Positions 28,498 through 42,000 of a DNA stretch of 64,000 bases are shown here, piece after piece. The notes below the pieces were generated by a model. It made no database searches. It was not told where the DNA came from and was given only the letters and a program-made list of their open reading frames with translations. How positions within the stretch are numbered: position 1 is the stretch's first letter; the number at the start of each line of letters is the position of its first letter. This DNA is from a virus. The stretch lies in the IMG/VR virus record IMGVR_UViG_3300043438_001827, positions 1 to 64,000 of that record; one strand, 5' to 3'. Position numbers and translations under genes: made by a program.

Positions 28498-29128
28498 ATG
28501 TTAGATCCAGAATCATTATATTCCTTAAAGCAGAAATATGGTTCTATATTTAATGTTACAATAAAACGGAAAAGAATATTATTTTAAAGAATTAAATTTT
28601 TCCGAATTTGATAAAGTTGCGGAATATAGAAATAATTCTGACTATTCCTCTGCCGATATAGAGGACATCATATTGCTATCCTCGATAGTTCATCCTGAAG
28701 AGTTTGATATAAACCAGATTCCTCCAGGAGCAGTATCTTCTCTATGTGAAGAAATAATACAATTTTCTGGTTTCTCTTCTCCTAAAGTAGCTAAAATGAT
28801 TTTAGAGCAAAAAAGAGAAAAAGCTTCTTCTGTTAGAAGCTTAATGAAAGCCTTTGTTTTGGCTACTATACATACATATACCCCAGAGTTTTTAGATGGT
28901 TTAACATATTCTCAATTGGCAGAAAGAGTAGCTCTAGCTGAAAAAATTATAGAGATACAACAAGCTACCGCTGGTATGGAATCTACAAATGTAACTTTGG
29001 CATTAATAGATCCCGAAGAAGAAAAACAAAAAGAAGCAGAGAAAGCTTCTAGATACAATGCCTCCAGAAAAGAAGGAGAGGCAGCGTATGAAGACCCAAT
29101 TGCTAGAAAGCTTATGGGCAGAGGTTAG
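28498..29128 (+). CDS. Second tail assembly chaperone-like protein (209 aa), requires +1 frame change at CGG 28567
   Basis: ATG 28498 reads MLDPESLYSLKQKYGSIFNVTIK-CGG. Skipping C28567 continues GKEYYFKELNFSEFDK into track ORF 28673-29128. The fused product aligns with the upstream chaperone. Confidence 0.7.
28567..28570 (+). other. +1 frame-change site 1 (CGG-A)
   Basis: In-frame codon 24. Shift window bounded by +1-frame TAA 28562 and 0-frame TAA 28585. Confidence 0.8.
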
Positions 29129-29152
29129 TACATAAAAGATTAAAAGGTATTT

Positions 29153-32100
29153 ATGCAAAGGGACAGCCAACCAATACATAATATAGGTTTTGGTGTTACT
29201 TCTCGTGACCTTAGAAATCAAAATGGACAAAAAGATAACCCATCACCAAATTCTGGTTTTATAGAACAAGCGTTGCATGGGCATCCAGCTTTAAAAACAG
29301 CAACAGCATTTATCGCTACAGGATTAGCCGTTCATTATTCGGGAGCCTTTTTTAGACAAGGCGGGATGAAGCTTGGCTTTAAATTATCTCAAGCAGCAGC
29401 CGAAAATAGAAGTAGCGTTTTTGCAGGGTTAGAAAGAAACTTACTTAAGGTAAGAAGTACCCTAGACCTACTAGAGGGTGTAGCTAGAGAAACCGCAGGA
29501 ACTGAAAGATTAGTCTTTAACCTGGGTACAGATGTATCTCAAAACTTATCAACTGGATATGGCGACAAGTCTTTTAGAAGAAGCTTTGGTTATGCTAGAG
29601 AGACAGGCACAGAGTGGGGTGCTAGGCAAGAAATGCAGTCTAAGCTCGTAAGAGCTGCTAGAAAATCACTGTATGAAGTCCCAGCCTTAATGGTGGCGAA
29701 TAAAGTTCAAGATAAAATTACTGGACATGGTAAAGACGAACAAAATAATAGAGACAAAAAATGGTATAGTCCAACGTCTATTGTTACCGATTTAGGTAAG
29801 AGTTTTACTAGAGCTCTTACTGGTTATACTTTAGGCTATGCTATTCCTGGGGCTGCTGCTGGTGTTGCTAAATCAAGCTCTCTTAATTTCTTTTATGAAA
29901 CGGCAAATAATTGGGATTCTATTATCCAACAGTCTGCTGCGGGTATGTTTAGAGCCAAAGCCGCAAAGATGATGGTTGGTAGCGCAAAAGGCCTTCAGGC
30001 ACTACTGCAAGAGGTTGGCCATGATGCAGCTGATTTACTAGGTAAGACAATTGATTTGTCTGCAAGGTCAACAGGAGCCTTAGCTGCTGGATGGATCGAG
30101 CAGAATAGAGAGCACGGAAGAAATACCGTAGCTCAATTATACCAAAATAGAAGAGGCTTGAATCCAACAACTTCAGATGCTAGCTCTATCAGTTCCGATA
30201 TAGGAAGAAGAGAAAAAGCAAGATTTTTAGCCACTAGTCTTTTTGGCAGGAATAATCAAACAGTAGGAACTAAGGTTACAAACGAAGAACTGCTTAGTCT
30301 AATACCTGGTGCAAAATCTGTTATGAACAGTGCACAAGCCACAAAAGGTAAATACAGATTAGTAAAAGACGCTCAAACAATATTAAAAGACACTAGTCAA
30401 CTTGACAACATCCTATTAAGGGGAACGGAAAGAGTTACAAGGGATGCTGCTGGAGTTGGCTCTGCAGAATTGGCTGACCTTCACCTTATATACAAGGACT
30501 CTTTAGCTAGAACAATACAAGAATTGCAAATTAAATCTAATCAACCTTTTGAAAGAATTGCTGATAGATTAAGCGCAATAACAAATGTAGGACGGAAAGT
30601 CTAGAGGACCAAGTAAAAAAAGTCTTTTAGATAGAGTAACAAATGAAGAATATAAAAAAGTAGTTGAAAAAAACCTAATAGATACATATGGTATTGATAA
30701 GGAAACTGCAAAAAGATTTACTGATTCTCTTAAATTTGAAAAAGACCACCTAAAAACAGTTATTGGTTTAGGTCAAGGAGAAGAACTAATAGTCGTAGCT
30801 GCAGAGGAAAAAATAGCTATAGGTAGTCAGAAGATATTCCATGATGACTTCTTTGCCGGTCTTATAGAAAAATTTAACTCATCAAAATATGCAAGAACAG
30901 CAAATAATTCATATAAATTAGATATAGACGCTCGCAATTTACAAAAAGTTTTCAAAACAGCAGACGAGGCATTAAAAGATGGAGATTTTAATGATTTAGT
31001 TAAACTTAAGGCTGATAAACTCCAAAATATAATGCTTCAAAGAGAATCAGACAATTTAACCTCAACCATATTAACTGAAGGAAGAATATTAAGTTCCGAT
31101 TATACGGCAAATAAAGTTGGAAACGCTGAATTAAAATTTTTATCACAACAAGCAGCAAAACACCTAGGGTGGAATAACAAAGGCAGTGCTGAACTATTCT
31201 TAATAGATAAAGGTATAGATCCATCAAATCTAGGACAACTAAGAGCCTACTTAATGGATCAAAAGATAATGACAACAGGTTCGCTAGAAGGTGGGCTTAG
31301 AGGTTATCTTGGTTTTAAAAAAATTAGTTTAGACGATCAACTTAAATCAGACAAAATAAGATTAGAATCATTAAGAAATAATAAAGACGTTCCTTTTCTA
31401 GACCCAGGCTTTATTGAAGATCAAGGGCAGATTTATAGTCAAATCGAAAATTTTAAAGCAAGCATCACCAAGCCATCATCTCCAAAGCATAACATTTCTG
31501 GTAGATACAGATATGGTGAAGCAGGAAGATCTGGGTCTTTAGATGTAAATCCAGTAATAGAAGCAGCTCAAAAGACGTTTGATTTTTTAACAAATGAGAT
31601 TAAACTTCCTGTAGTTCACTTTAATCCACTATCACTATTGGGCGGTAAAGATTTATCTGCTATGAGAAAAGCGGGTGATTTTCAAATCATACCAGGAAGG
31701 TCTAATAACCCATTTGTAAGAAATGAAGCCGAAGGGGCAGAACTATTAACGTGGAGCAGAACTGGTGGTTTCCTTGGCTCAAAAGGAGAGGTAAATGTTT
31801 ATCGATTCAATGAAGCCACTGGCCAGATAGAGGCAGAAAAATTAGCAGGAAAATTTAGACCGTTATCTAGAGACTCTAAGTCGATGACAGGAAAAACTGC
31901 AGAGTTTGCATCAGGCGAAGGAAGAGTAAAACCAGAAAATGATTCATTCCTAAAAACAGCATTAAATTTTGATCCAGAACAATCTCCTTCTGTCCCAAGA
32001 TTTATCGGCAGAATGGTTAATAGGAAATTTGATATAAACAATGAAGCAGTCATGGCTAAGATCATTTCCGCAAAAGAAGGCGAAGAATTTAGCGTACCTG

Positions 32101-35100
32101 GATTTGGAAGAAGAAAAAAATTAATATTAAGTTCAGAAACATCTGGACAGGTTACTAGACAAACTTTATTAGATGCTAGAACTGGAGAAACTGTAGCATC
32201 GCATGCCGATTTGATGGAAGCTTTTACCGCTTTTGCGGATAGTACATTCAATCAAGGAACTCCAAGAAAAGTTGCAGACCTACTCTTAGGTGAAAATACT
32301 ATTCTTCCATATGCAGCAAGAGAAGCCGATAGATATGGTGAAAGCTTAATTAGAAATTTCAATACGGTAACTAATACTTCTCACGTTCAAAAAATAGTAG
32401 GAGGTTTCGAAGAAAGCATTAACGCACTTCACGAAACAGGTGTCCAGTTAGTTAAACAAGGTAAGGCAGATAAAGCAGAAAAGATTTTTGATCAATATGC
32501 AACTTTAAAAAAGGGTCATAATAGATTACTTCGATTTACAGAAATGGATCAAGTCCAACTTTCTGCTGAATCCAGATTATTTGAAAATTCACCAAGTATT
32601 TTAACTAATTTAGATGAATTTAAATCAGAAGCAGTAAGATTAGCTATACAGCAAGAAGTTATCTTAGGACAAGAATTTGCTCCTGAGGTAATTAAAAGAA
32701 TTTCCAGTGGAATTGATGATCTATATACTCAGGGAATCATAACAGCAGCTCAAAGAGCAGAAGCGCAATCTTCTACAACATCTACTGTATTTAACTTAGC
32801 GGCATTTGAAACATACAACTTTGAAAAGGGAACAGATCTTATTGCTGGGATTCAAATTAACCCCGCAGAAAGATTTAGGGAAAGTAAAAGAATTCTTCAA
32901 GAGAATCCAGAACTATTGCGTCCTTTTACGGAAGGCTCAATTGCAGAACCAAGGTTATCTAAGCACTCAATTCCTATTCGCAAAGCTGCACCATTCGTAA
33001 AGAAATATTTTTCTCCAAGTAAATATAAATTTACAGATAATGTTTCTCCTATTTCTGGAGATTCAGAATATACGGTCATGCCAACCTTTTCAACGGCATT
33101 AAAAAGAAATCCTAAAGATACTCTATTAAGCGCAAGTGGAATACGAACATATGGAAATGAAGAAGGTTTTTCATCTGGTTCTGTACCAATTTCGCACATG
33201 TCAGAAAGGCTTAATAGATTCTTTGGGACAGTGGGGGCTGGGGTAGATCCAAACGCTTATAGTGGCCCATTATCAATGTATGCAGCTGGTTATATGGGCC
33301 AAAGGGTTCTCCCTGGAATTGCTATAGCAACAACAGCTCTAGCCGTAGACAGAGAGCTTGGTGGTGCTGTTAATGATAGAGATGAAAATGGCAATAAAGT
33401 ATACACACCCTTAGTAACAACTGGAGCAGCAAGAGTAGCAGTAGAAGCAAGAGCTATGATGTCAGCGATTACTCCTGGTGGAATGGATTACGCTCAAAAG
33501 AAAAACCAACTACTAGAAGGCGAAACAGCTGTAAGACAAGGCAGATGGTGGGCCTTAGGTAATACTCAGTTTAAAGGTGGAAAAATCCAATACTTTAGAC
33601 CTTCTTGGTATAGAAGATTAAAATCAGCTGGAAAGTTTACACCAGAGGGTCTTGGGACCCCAATGGAAAACTTATTATACAACCAAGACTATTCTCCACT
33701 TAGACCAATAGATCCATATAGATTTGAACGTGAGCATTATGAGGATAGACCATATCCTTTAACTGGAGAATATTTCACTGGTCCATTTGGTGCTTTAACT
33801 CCAGCATTAAATATGACTGTTGGAAAAATACTTAAACCACAAAAGACAATGCATGAAGAAGAGGTAAATAGAGCCCTTGCCTCATACGAACCTGCTGGAG
33901 AATCAGGTGCATATCTAAGACAACAACGTACCATTTATGAGAAGTCTAACATGGTTCCAAACCCAGGAGTATCTTATCCAGCTGCGCCACCTTCTTCTCT
34001 CCCATTAAAACCAACAAAATTTGTACCAATAAACTCTAGCAGTAATGGGGATGGTTCTATTGCTGCAGCCAATCAAAGATATTCTAACGCAGCAGGGCCT
34101 ACTGGAAGTGCAGCTCAAAGTGTAATAAAACAAATATCTTCTGCTAACAATTCACTATCAACAGGATATGGTTCTGATACTAAATCTAAAAAAATAAAAA
34201 GAACTAATAGAACAAGAGGCGAAAGTGTAGCTCAAGAAGTTACTTATGGTCCACCATCAGGTCCAAAAATGATGCCTGAAAAAATTGTTTCAGCAGGAGC
34301 TCCTATAAGAACTGGATCTAATGAATATCAAGCTGGAGACTTAGGTTATAAATTACAAGAAACAGCTGGTATATATGGTTTTGGCTTTGGTCAAATTAGA
34401 CAAAAATTAGGATTAGGGAAACAAGACTTAAGTCCAGATAGAGCAGTTTTGCAATCCGCTGACAAAGCGTATGGATCAACAAGAGCATTTTGGGACTTGA
34501 ATCTTGGTGGAATGGGTGACATACCTCTTCCGTCTCAAGGCCCCTTGGGAAATATAGAATTATCAGAAATAGTAAGAAGACTTGTTCCTAGGGAAAGAAC
34601 TGATGTTAGTTACCTAAACCCTATTAAAAATACAATGGGTAAAAAATATCCTTTCCTACCAGGAAGCGATAACTTCATAGATTTTACAACGGGAGATCCT
34701 TATACGAAAGTAGCAGAAGGAGAAATACGTTTACCTGGTATAGGGTATGAAAGATTCAATAAAATTTATCCAGGTAAAAATGGTAAATATGGAGCTGTCA
34801 ATCAGTTAGATATATTAGCAGACGTTGCTCCGTTTTCTAGAGAGTTTAAGCAATTAGATAGAAGAGTAGATAAGATGGATCTTTCCGAAGAGGAAAGACA
34901 AAAAGTATCACAAATCAGGGCTCAAAAGAAAGCAATTCAAGAATCTAAAGTTCAATTTGTTTCCTATAACCAAACTAAAGGTACAATTTCTAACGCAATC
35001 AAAAATCCTTTTTCTACAGCAAAAGAAGCTTTTTTACATACAGACAACTTTATCAATAATAAGTTCACAGGTGAACAAAATGCAACAGAAAATTGGGAAA

Positions 35101-36023
35101 GAAAAAATGTATATGGTGCAACATTCCCAGAGTGGCAAAGACCAGTAGAAAGCTTTATTAAACCAATTTATTACAAAGGTACTCAAAGAAATCCTTTATT
35201 AGCTGGCGCAATTGGTGCAACAGTAGGCGCAAGTATCCTTGGTGGATCACGAAAGGGTAGAATTATTGGTGGCACCATCGGTGCATTAACGGTAGGTGGT
35301 TATTCAGCTGCCCATAAAATATCCAGTGCAGTTACTGGAAAAAGATTTATTCCACTTGAAAGAAAAAAAGAACTAGCATTAGAAGAATATTCAGATATAT
35401 TAAATTACACCAAATACACTACAGCCGCAGCTAGAGCAAGACTAAATGGTGATGAACAAACCGCTAAAGAATATATGGCAGCATCTAGAAAGACAATGTA
35501 TGGTACTAACTTGGATACTCCTTCAATAGATGTTTTAGCCGCAGGTATTCCTAAGAGGAAAAAAGATTATTTTAAAGAGATGATTACTGCTCCAGAACAT
35601 GAAAGAAAAAATATATTATCAACAGCAGGTCGATTAGAAAGAAGAATCTATGAAGCTGCATGGGGAATGCCAGTAGAAAAAAAACCAGACTTAGTAGACT
35701 ATTTCCAAACGCATGAACTTCCTGGCCCGAATTGGGAAGGATGGCACCCAAATACAAATATGGAACATGTTAAAATTAAAACTGGACAATCTATGGGTCT
35801 GGAAATGTCTCAAATGGGTTACTATCCACAACAGATAAAAGAAGCTAATTTAACAAATCCAAGTTATCCAGAATTTGGCAGTGGAAAAAAAATTAACTCC
35901 GCTAAGGAAGTAAGGCAAAAGTTACAAGCCTTAATGAATGACAATGGAATTAACGGAAGAATGATTCCCGTTAAAAGATACAATAATGATAATAGAGTTA
36001 ACGTTTCAGCAGGGATTAGGTAA
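29153..36023 (+). CDS. Very large virion protein, putative tape measure (2289 aa), requires +1 frame change at CGG 30593
   Basis: ORF 29153-30604 ends VG-CGG-KV*. The +1 frame is open from 30594 through track ORF 31032-36023. Tape-measure position after the chaperones, with Ala/Gly-rich hydrophobic segments. Confidence 0.6.
30593..30596 (+). other. +1 frame-change site 2 (CGG-A)
   Basis: In-frame codon 481. Window is only 30591-30604 (+1-frame TAG 30588, 0-frame TAG 30602). Confidence 0.8.
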
Positions 36024-36028
36024 TACTT

Positions 36029-39000
36029 ATGTATAAGGGCGAATTTTTTCAAAATGGTATTCTTTCTGAAATTATTCTTCAAGACGGTACACCTGCAATA
36101 AGATCTAATGTTACTGGTAAAGTATATGCAGTTGACAAACTGCGAACAGCTGTTAGAGAAGCAGCAGAACTCGGAGTCGCTGAAGCACATGTTTTAACTG
36201 GAAGCTCCTTAGACCCATACAGCTTGCATCACGTAAGTCAAACTGAGCAATTAAATACAATTCTAGCTAGAGCGAAAACAGAGCCTGTAGTACAAGAATT
36301 TTTAGAAAAAAGAGGTTTGGGGCACTTATCTGGAAAGACTATTTCAATTCAAAGGTTGGGATATTCCAACCCATATAACATCAAAAAAGGTAAGGAACAC
36401 GGTTTTTCATTAGCCTTTGAAGACTTACACCTACAAGAAGAACCTGAAGTTATTGTTGGCGGACAAAGAGTCAAACTAGCTAGTTTAACTGCAGCTGAAA
36501 GAGCAAGTCCAGAATATAGCACAATAGGTCATGCTACGGTTAGGCAAGGTACTGGAACAGTTTTAAGGTATCAAGTTCAAGGCGATGAAGAAGGAGTCTT
36601 CTATCTCACTTCACGTCAAGCAGAGGAATTAAGAGTTGGTTTAGGTGGAGGAGCTATAGATAAAAATAAATTAGTTAAATCTATTGGACAAGGATTAGTA
36701 GACCCAGATACTGGAGGAATAAGTTCATCTTATGCTCCTGAAGAAGAAATTGCTGGTCTTCTTCAAAAAATAAATAAAAGAATGCAATTGTCAAAAAGAG
36801 AATTTTCAGCCGATCCAAAAGAGATTAGCAATTTAGTTAATGATATGGTTAGTCTAATGCAAGAAGGACCATATGCTCACTTGTTAAAAGATGAAAAAAT
36901 GGTTCCTAAATCTCTAAGAGATATATCTTTATTCTTTAATGATACTGAAGCTAGATTGCTAGAGTCTATTAAAATGGAAGATGGAGCTTCTTTATTAAAA
37001 CATTTAGGTAGAGAAATAATTGCCGCTGATCCGAGCAAGGAAAGGGAAAGACGAGCTATAGAAATAATGGTTACAAGAGCTGGTCAGGCAGAATCTGATT
37101 TCAATGCAGAAACGTTTAGAGGTATATTCGAAATGAATGGTCTGCAACCAGAAAAATATGGAGAATTTAACAACCTAGTAAAGAGTTATTATACTGGCTT
37201 AGAAGATAAAACGCAATTTAATTTAGATGATCTTTTTGCACATATTTCTTCTGCGGAATCAACTTTATCCGATGGGGAAAAAAACATAATACAACACGCA
37301 GTTGAAAACTATAAGAGAGTTGGTGATGGATCTCAAGTTACTGACGAATATGTAATAAGAAATCTAGGTCGTCAAAAGTTAAAAGATGTAGCAAATAAAA
37401 AAGAATATGTAAGAAATGCAGCCGAAAGCGTTCTTGGTGAAGATTTGAGCGAAGTTAATGATATCTTTGAACACTTAAGTAATGTAGGAGATAGTTCAAC
37501 TTTACAATTAATTAATGAAAAATTAGCAGAAAGCATGGGTATAGAAGGCGCTACCGTTGAAGCAGTAAGGGAAAATATAAGTCTTATAGAAAAATCTGTT
37601 GAAAGAGTTTTGGGTCAAGATCTAGAAGCAAAATTACTACAAGACGTTACTTCAACTAGATTTGGGTTGGGAGAGGCGACCGCTAAGTCTGTTTCTGATA
37701 TAGGAACAGCATTAACAGAGTTGGGCTATGGAGCAGTCGGATCCGAAGAATTGGTAAAAAAAGAAACAAATTTTGGTAGTTTTAGACTTCCAGGAGAAGC
37801 TAGATCTGGTGAATATATAGTGATGGATCCTGGTGGTGGTTTTGGTGGAACAGAACGAGTTGCCGCAGAAATGCAAGCTAATATATTTCACAGTCCTGTA
37901 TATAATAACCCAGAGTTAGTAAAACAAGTGAAAGAAAATTTTGGTGTAGCTAGGGCACAAATTGAAGAGATGAAGAGAACTGGTGAAATTCCAGAAAAAA
38001 TTATGGCTTCGCTAGAAAGAACTGCCAACATAGATGTATCAAGATGGGACGAATTATTTTTTGCCGACAGCTTTTCTGCGCAAAGAAATAAAGCGCAAGC
38101 TCAAGAAATCGTAGCACATCTTAGAAGTGGAGGAAAAGTAAATGATATTCCAGGACAATTAAATGATATAGTTAGAGCCTATGCTAGAGAAGCACAAACG
38201 TCAGCTAGAAAATCATATAAGAACTCAAAGGGTGAAACTATAGAAATACAGAACCCAAACCTAGCAACTACTCAAAGACATTCTGTAGATGCAGAGGGAT
38301 CTATGGCAATGAGAAAGCCAGTAAGACCAGAAGCAAATGCAACAGAATTAAATCCAGTACCAAGATTAGTTGGAAAGAATTCCTATAAAGATGTTACAAC
38401 AAATATAGGGGACAATCAAAGTACAGTTCATAGACTACTAAAATATAGACATGACGGACATAAGTTTGTTATTCCTGACATAGCAGGATCGCAATGGATG
38501 TATGCAGCTGGTGGTGGATTTGACATGGACGACAAATTTATTACAGACTTGCATTTTCTAAACGCACAGTCTTTAGATGAAAGTGGCAACGTAGTAGGTA
38601 AAAGACAATTAATTTCTTTTGACTTTAGACAGCCAACTGGTCCACAAGAATTTGCTTTAATGACACCACAATTAGATGACTTAACACTACAAAGAATGTT
38701 TGGTAGTAAAGATAAATTAGGAATGGGCTTTAGGGAAGCTCTTGACGAATTTGCTGAAGAAGTATCTACAAAACATAATATTAGATATACTACTTCAACA
38801 AGAAACGCACTGCCAGAAATGTTGGCTTCTTCTAGCATGAGTCAAGAAGAGAGAGGTGTCTTATATCTACAAGCAATCGCTGCTGATAACATGGAATTAG
38901 CAGCTCTGTATAGAGGGGCTAATACGGAAGGATACCTTGCTGATGAGGTAGTGGGCGATGCAATATTTTCCCTAATGGACAGAGAGGCTACGAGATCGTC

Positions 39001-42000
39001 AAGTGGTGTTGGAGCTTCAAGATTCCGCGTTCATGAAATAAATGATACATTAGTTGACAAACTGGTCACCATAAATCAAGAAGGCAATACCGTACTCAAG
39101 GGATCAACAATACTGCAACTTACTCCAGAAGAAATAGCAATGAATCCTGCTTTAGTAGAAAGTTACAGAAAAGATCTTAGAATTCAAATTCAAAATATAG
39201 GGCTTTCTGCTTCCGAAGATACTGTCTTTAATAAGAATATTAAAGATTTAATAAATGCAAATCCTAGAGATTTTGGTGGAAAAAATTATGACCAAATGCT
39301 ACAAGCAGCAAGAGGATTAACTCCAGAATTAAGTGAAAATCAATTTATTTACGCCACTGCACACGAAATACTAGGTCAAGATAATTTTTTGGCAGAAAAA
39401 GTATTAAGTGAATTTGGTTTAATGAAACAAAGAATAGAAATTAACACAACAGCAGTTCCAGGTGGAAAAATAGGTAGTTACATTGATGCTTTAGGTTTTG
39501 TCGATTCTCAAGTCAATCAAATGAGGGATATAATTACTAGACTAGAAGAATCTGGACCTCAAGGTTCTGAACTAGCGAAGTTGCTAAAGATGCCGTATCC
39601 AATCTATAATCCGGAAACTGCATTGGATACTGGTACAGGTGGCGCAGGAAAACTAGTCCTAAAGTATACAAATATAGCTGAAGATTTACAAAGCGCAATG
39701 CAAATTTTTAATCCTGAAGAACCCGTTGACCCCCAATCCGTTTACAAGATGTTGTATAGTTTGACCGATAGATATAAGCAAGACCTAGACCATACAGACA
39801 GCATCGGTGCTTTTACTGGTCTAGACGATTTTGTTCGAAGATTAACATCTAGCGATCAAGCAACCGCAAAAGCCGCCCAAGAACTGATTAATATTGAGCT
39901 AAAGAATGTAGAAGAGGCAATGGTTTTAAACTCCGGACTTGCTTTTGGTAAGGCTCGAGCTCTTTACTATCATGGATTCTTGGGTGAAGAAGAAGTTTTA
40001 GAAATGGGATTAGACGAAATTGCTACAAGAATTAAAGGTTCTAATACTGAAAACTTTTCTTTATTCTTGCAGGGTGTGATTAACGGTGCAAAAGAAGCAA
40101 AATATAGAATTAATGAACTTGGCATTGAAGCACTTAATCCTGCTGGTGAGGAAACTGCAGATAAATTTACTGCTTTTATAAACTCAATTATAGAAGAATC
40201 GCAACAAGGGGCAAAACTAAAGGGCTTTAAAAAAGAAAAAGCAATGGAAGACGCTTTTAACAAAGTCTTAGAAGACGCAGAGTTTGGTTTAGTGCACACC
40301 GACGCTGCTGCAGAAAGATATAGTGTTAGCACTCTTATGAGGGCAACTGAAGAATTTAATGATTTTATTACACAAACAGTTAACTCTGTAAAACCAGGTT
40401 CTGGTCTTTATAACAGACTATTGGGTCAAAGTGAATACGCAGCTTACGATATAAACGTAAATCCCTTAATGCCAGACATAGAACAAGCATTAAAATCTTT
40501 AAATATAAACGGTAATGATTACGACTTAGGTACAGCTAACTCAAAAATGAATAGAGCATTAAATGAACTAGCCGAAATGAAACGTAGAGGATATGCAGAT
40601 CCTAAACGAATTAATAAAATTCTAGAAGAAGCTGAAATAAATGTTGCAACACAAGAATTAGCTGGTATACACTCAAGCTCGATGAAATTAGCCTTTGCTC
40701 AAGACGCAATTGCTCAAAGAAGAGAAGAGCTACAAACCGCAGCTAGAGAAGTAGTCCATGGAAGTATTTTTGATTTTGTTAACAAAGCAGATAATCCTGG
40801 TAACATAACAAGTGCAATGGAATCGTATTTCTTAAGGGTAATGCAACTTCAAACATCTGCAAGTAAAGATGATCAAAAATTAGGTCAAGTTCTTGACGGC
40901 TTGCTTGTATATGGCCAAGATTTTTTTGGTCAAGGTGATAGATTAGCTTTAGATGAAATGTACATTCACGCAAGAAATCAACTAACCTTTAATGCAACAG
41001 CAGGTGTAGCAGAACAAGAAGGAAGAATTAGTAATTTTATATCAATGTTTGATCATGAAGGTGAAACGCTAACAGAAAAACTTAGAAATATATTTAGTCT
41101 TCATGGTGAAGCAGATTTACTAGAAAGAGACCCATACAAGAGAACATATAGGGAAGACTATTTAGATTCAGACTTTGGTGAATATTCAGGAGAAGCTCTT
41201 CCAGAAATAAGATCAAGAGCTACTGGAGAAACAATTCCTGAATTTTTAGGAGAAGATAGTGAAAGAATGTTTGAAGACTTTGTCCAACTTCACATTTCTG
41301 GCGATCAAGAAAATACAGCAAAATTAATTATGCGAAAACGTTTTGCTGACGATCCAGAAGCAGCAAAGGCTTACATAGACGAACTAAAAATGATAGGCAT
41401 GAGATACGAAAGCAAGTCCGCAGAAATATCTCCTAAAGTAGCAGAAATGCTTGAACAGTTCATGCCAGATATTGACATGACAATGCCAATGACAACTTCA
41501 GATATATTGGAAACTTTTGACCGTTCTATTGGTACTCTTGCAGAAGATGAAGCCGCTGCCGTTCGTTCTGCTTTACGAGAAGGAGCAGAAACTGCCGGTG
41601 GAGCAACAGGTGGAGACATACCCTTTAAGGGCATTGGGGAAATGATAAGTGACCATTTTCCTAGAATTGGCAGAATAGGGAATAGAATAGGCGAACACAA
41701 GTTCGCTATAGCAGGAACTGTAGCTGCCGCAACGGCAGGAGCTGTTGTCTACCATAAGATGAGAAATAGGGATCATACTCCCGACGCTGTTACTGGACCT
41801 CCTCTTTTGCCCGGTGGAAACCCATACGACAGAAGGGATACTACAACCGTTCAATATCCAGACTTTTCATCATTTCAAAATGACGATGATGGGGATTCTT
41901 ATGACATAAGGGTTTCTGGAACTGATGCACAAATGAAAAAATTTATAAATCAAGCATCAATCATAACAGATTCAAATACAAACAGTACTATATATCGAGG

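Noticed and set aside
28440-28500. Classical -1 slippery frameshift in the tail chaperone
   Set aside because: No XXXYYYZ heptamer near the end of 27957-28496, and the next gene has its own ATG.
28560-30625. Homopolymer-length errors as the cause of the frameshifts
   Set aside because: Site 1 has adjacent A-runs and is ambiguous alone, but most of the other sites have no homopolymer at the junction. CGG is the only element common to all six.
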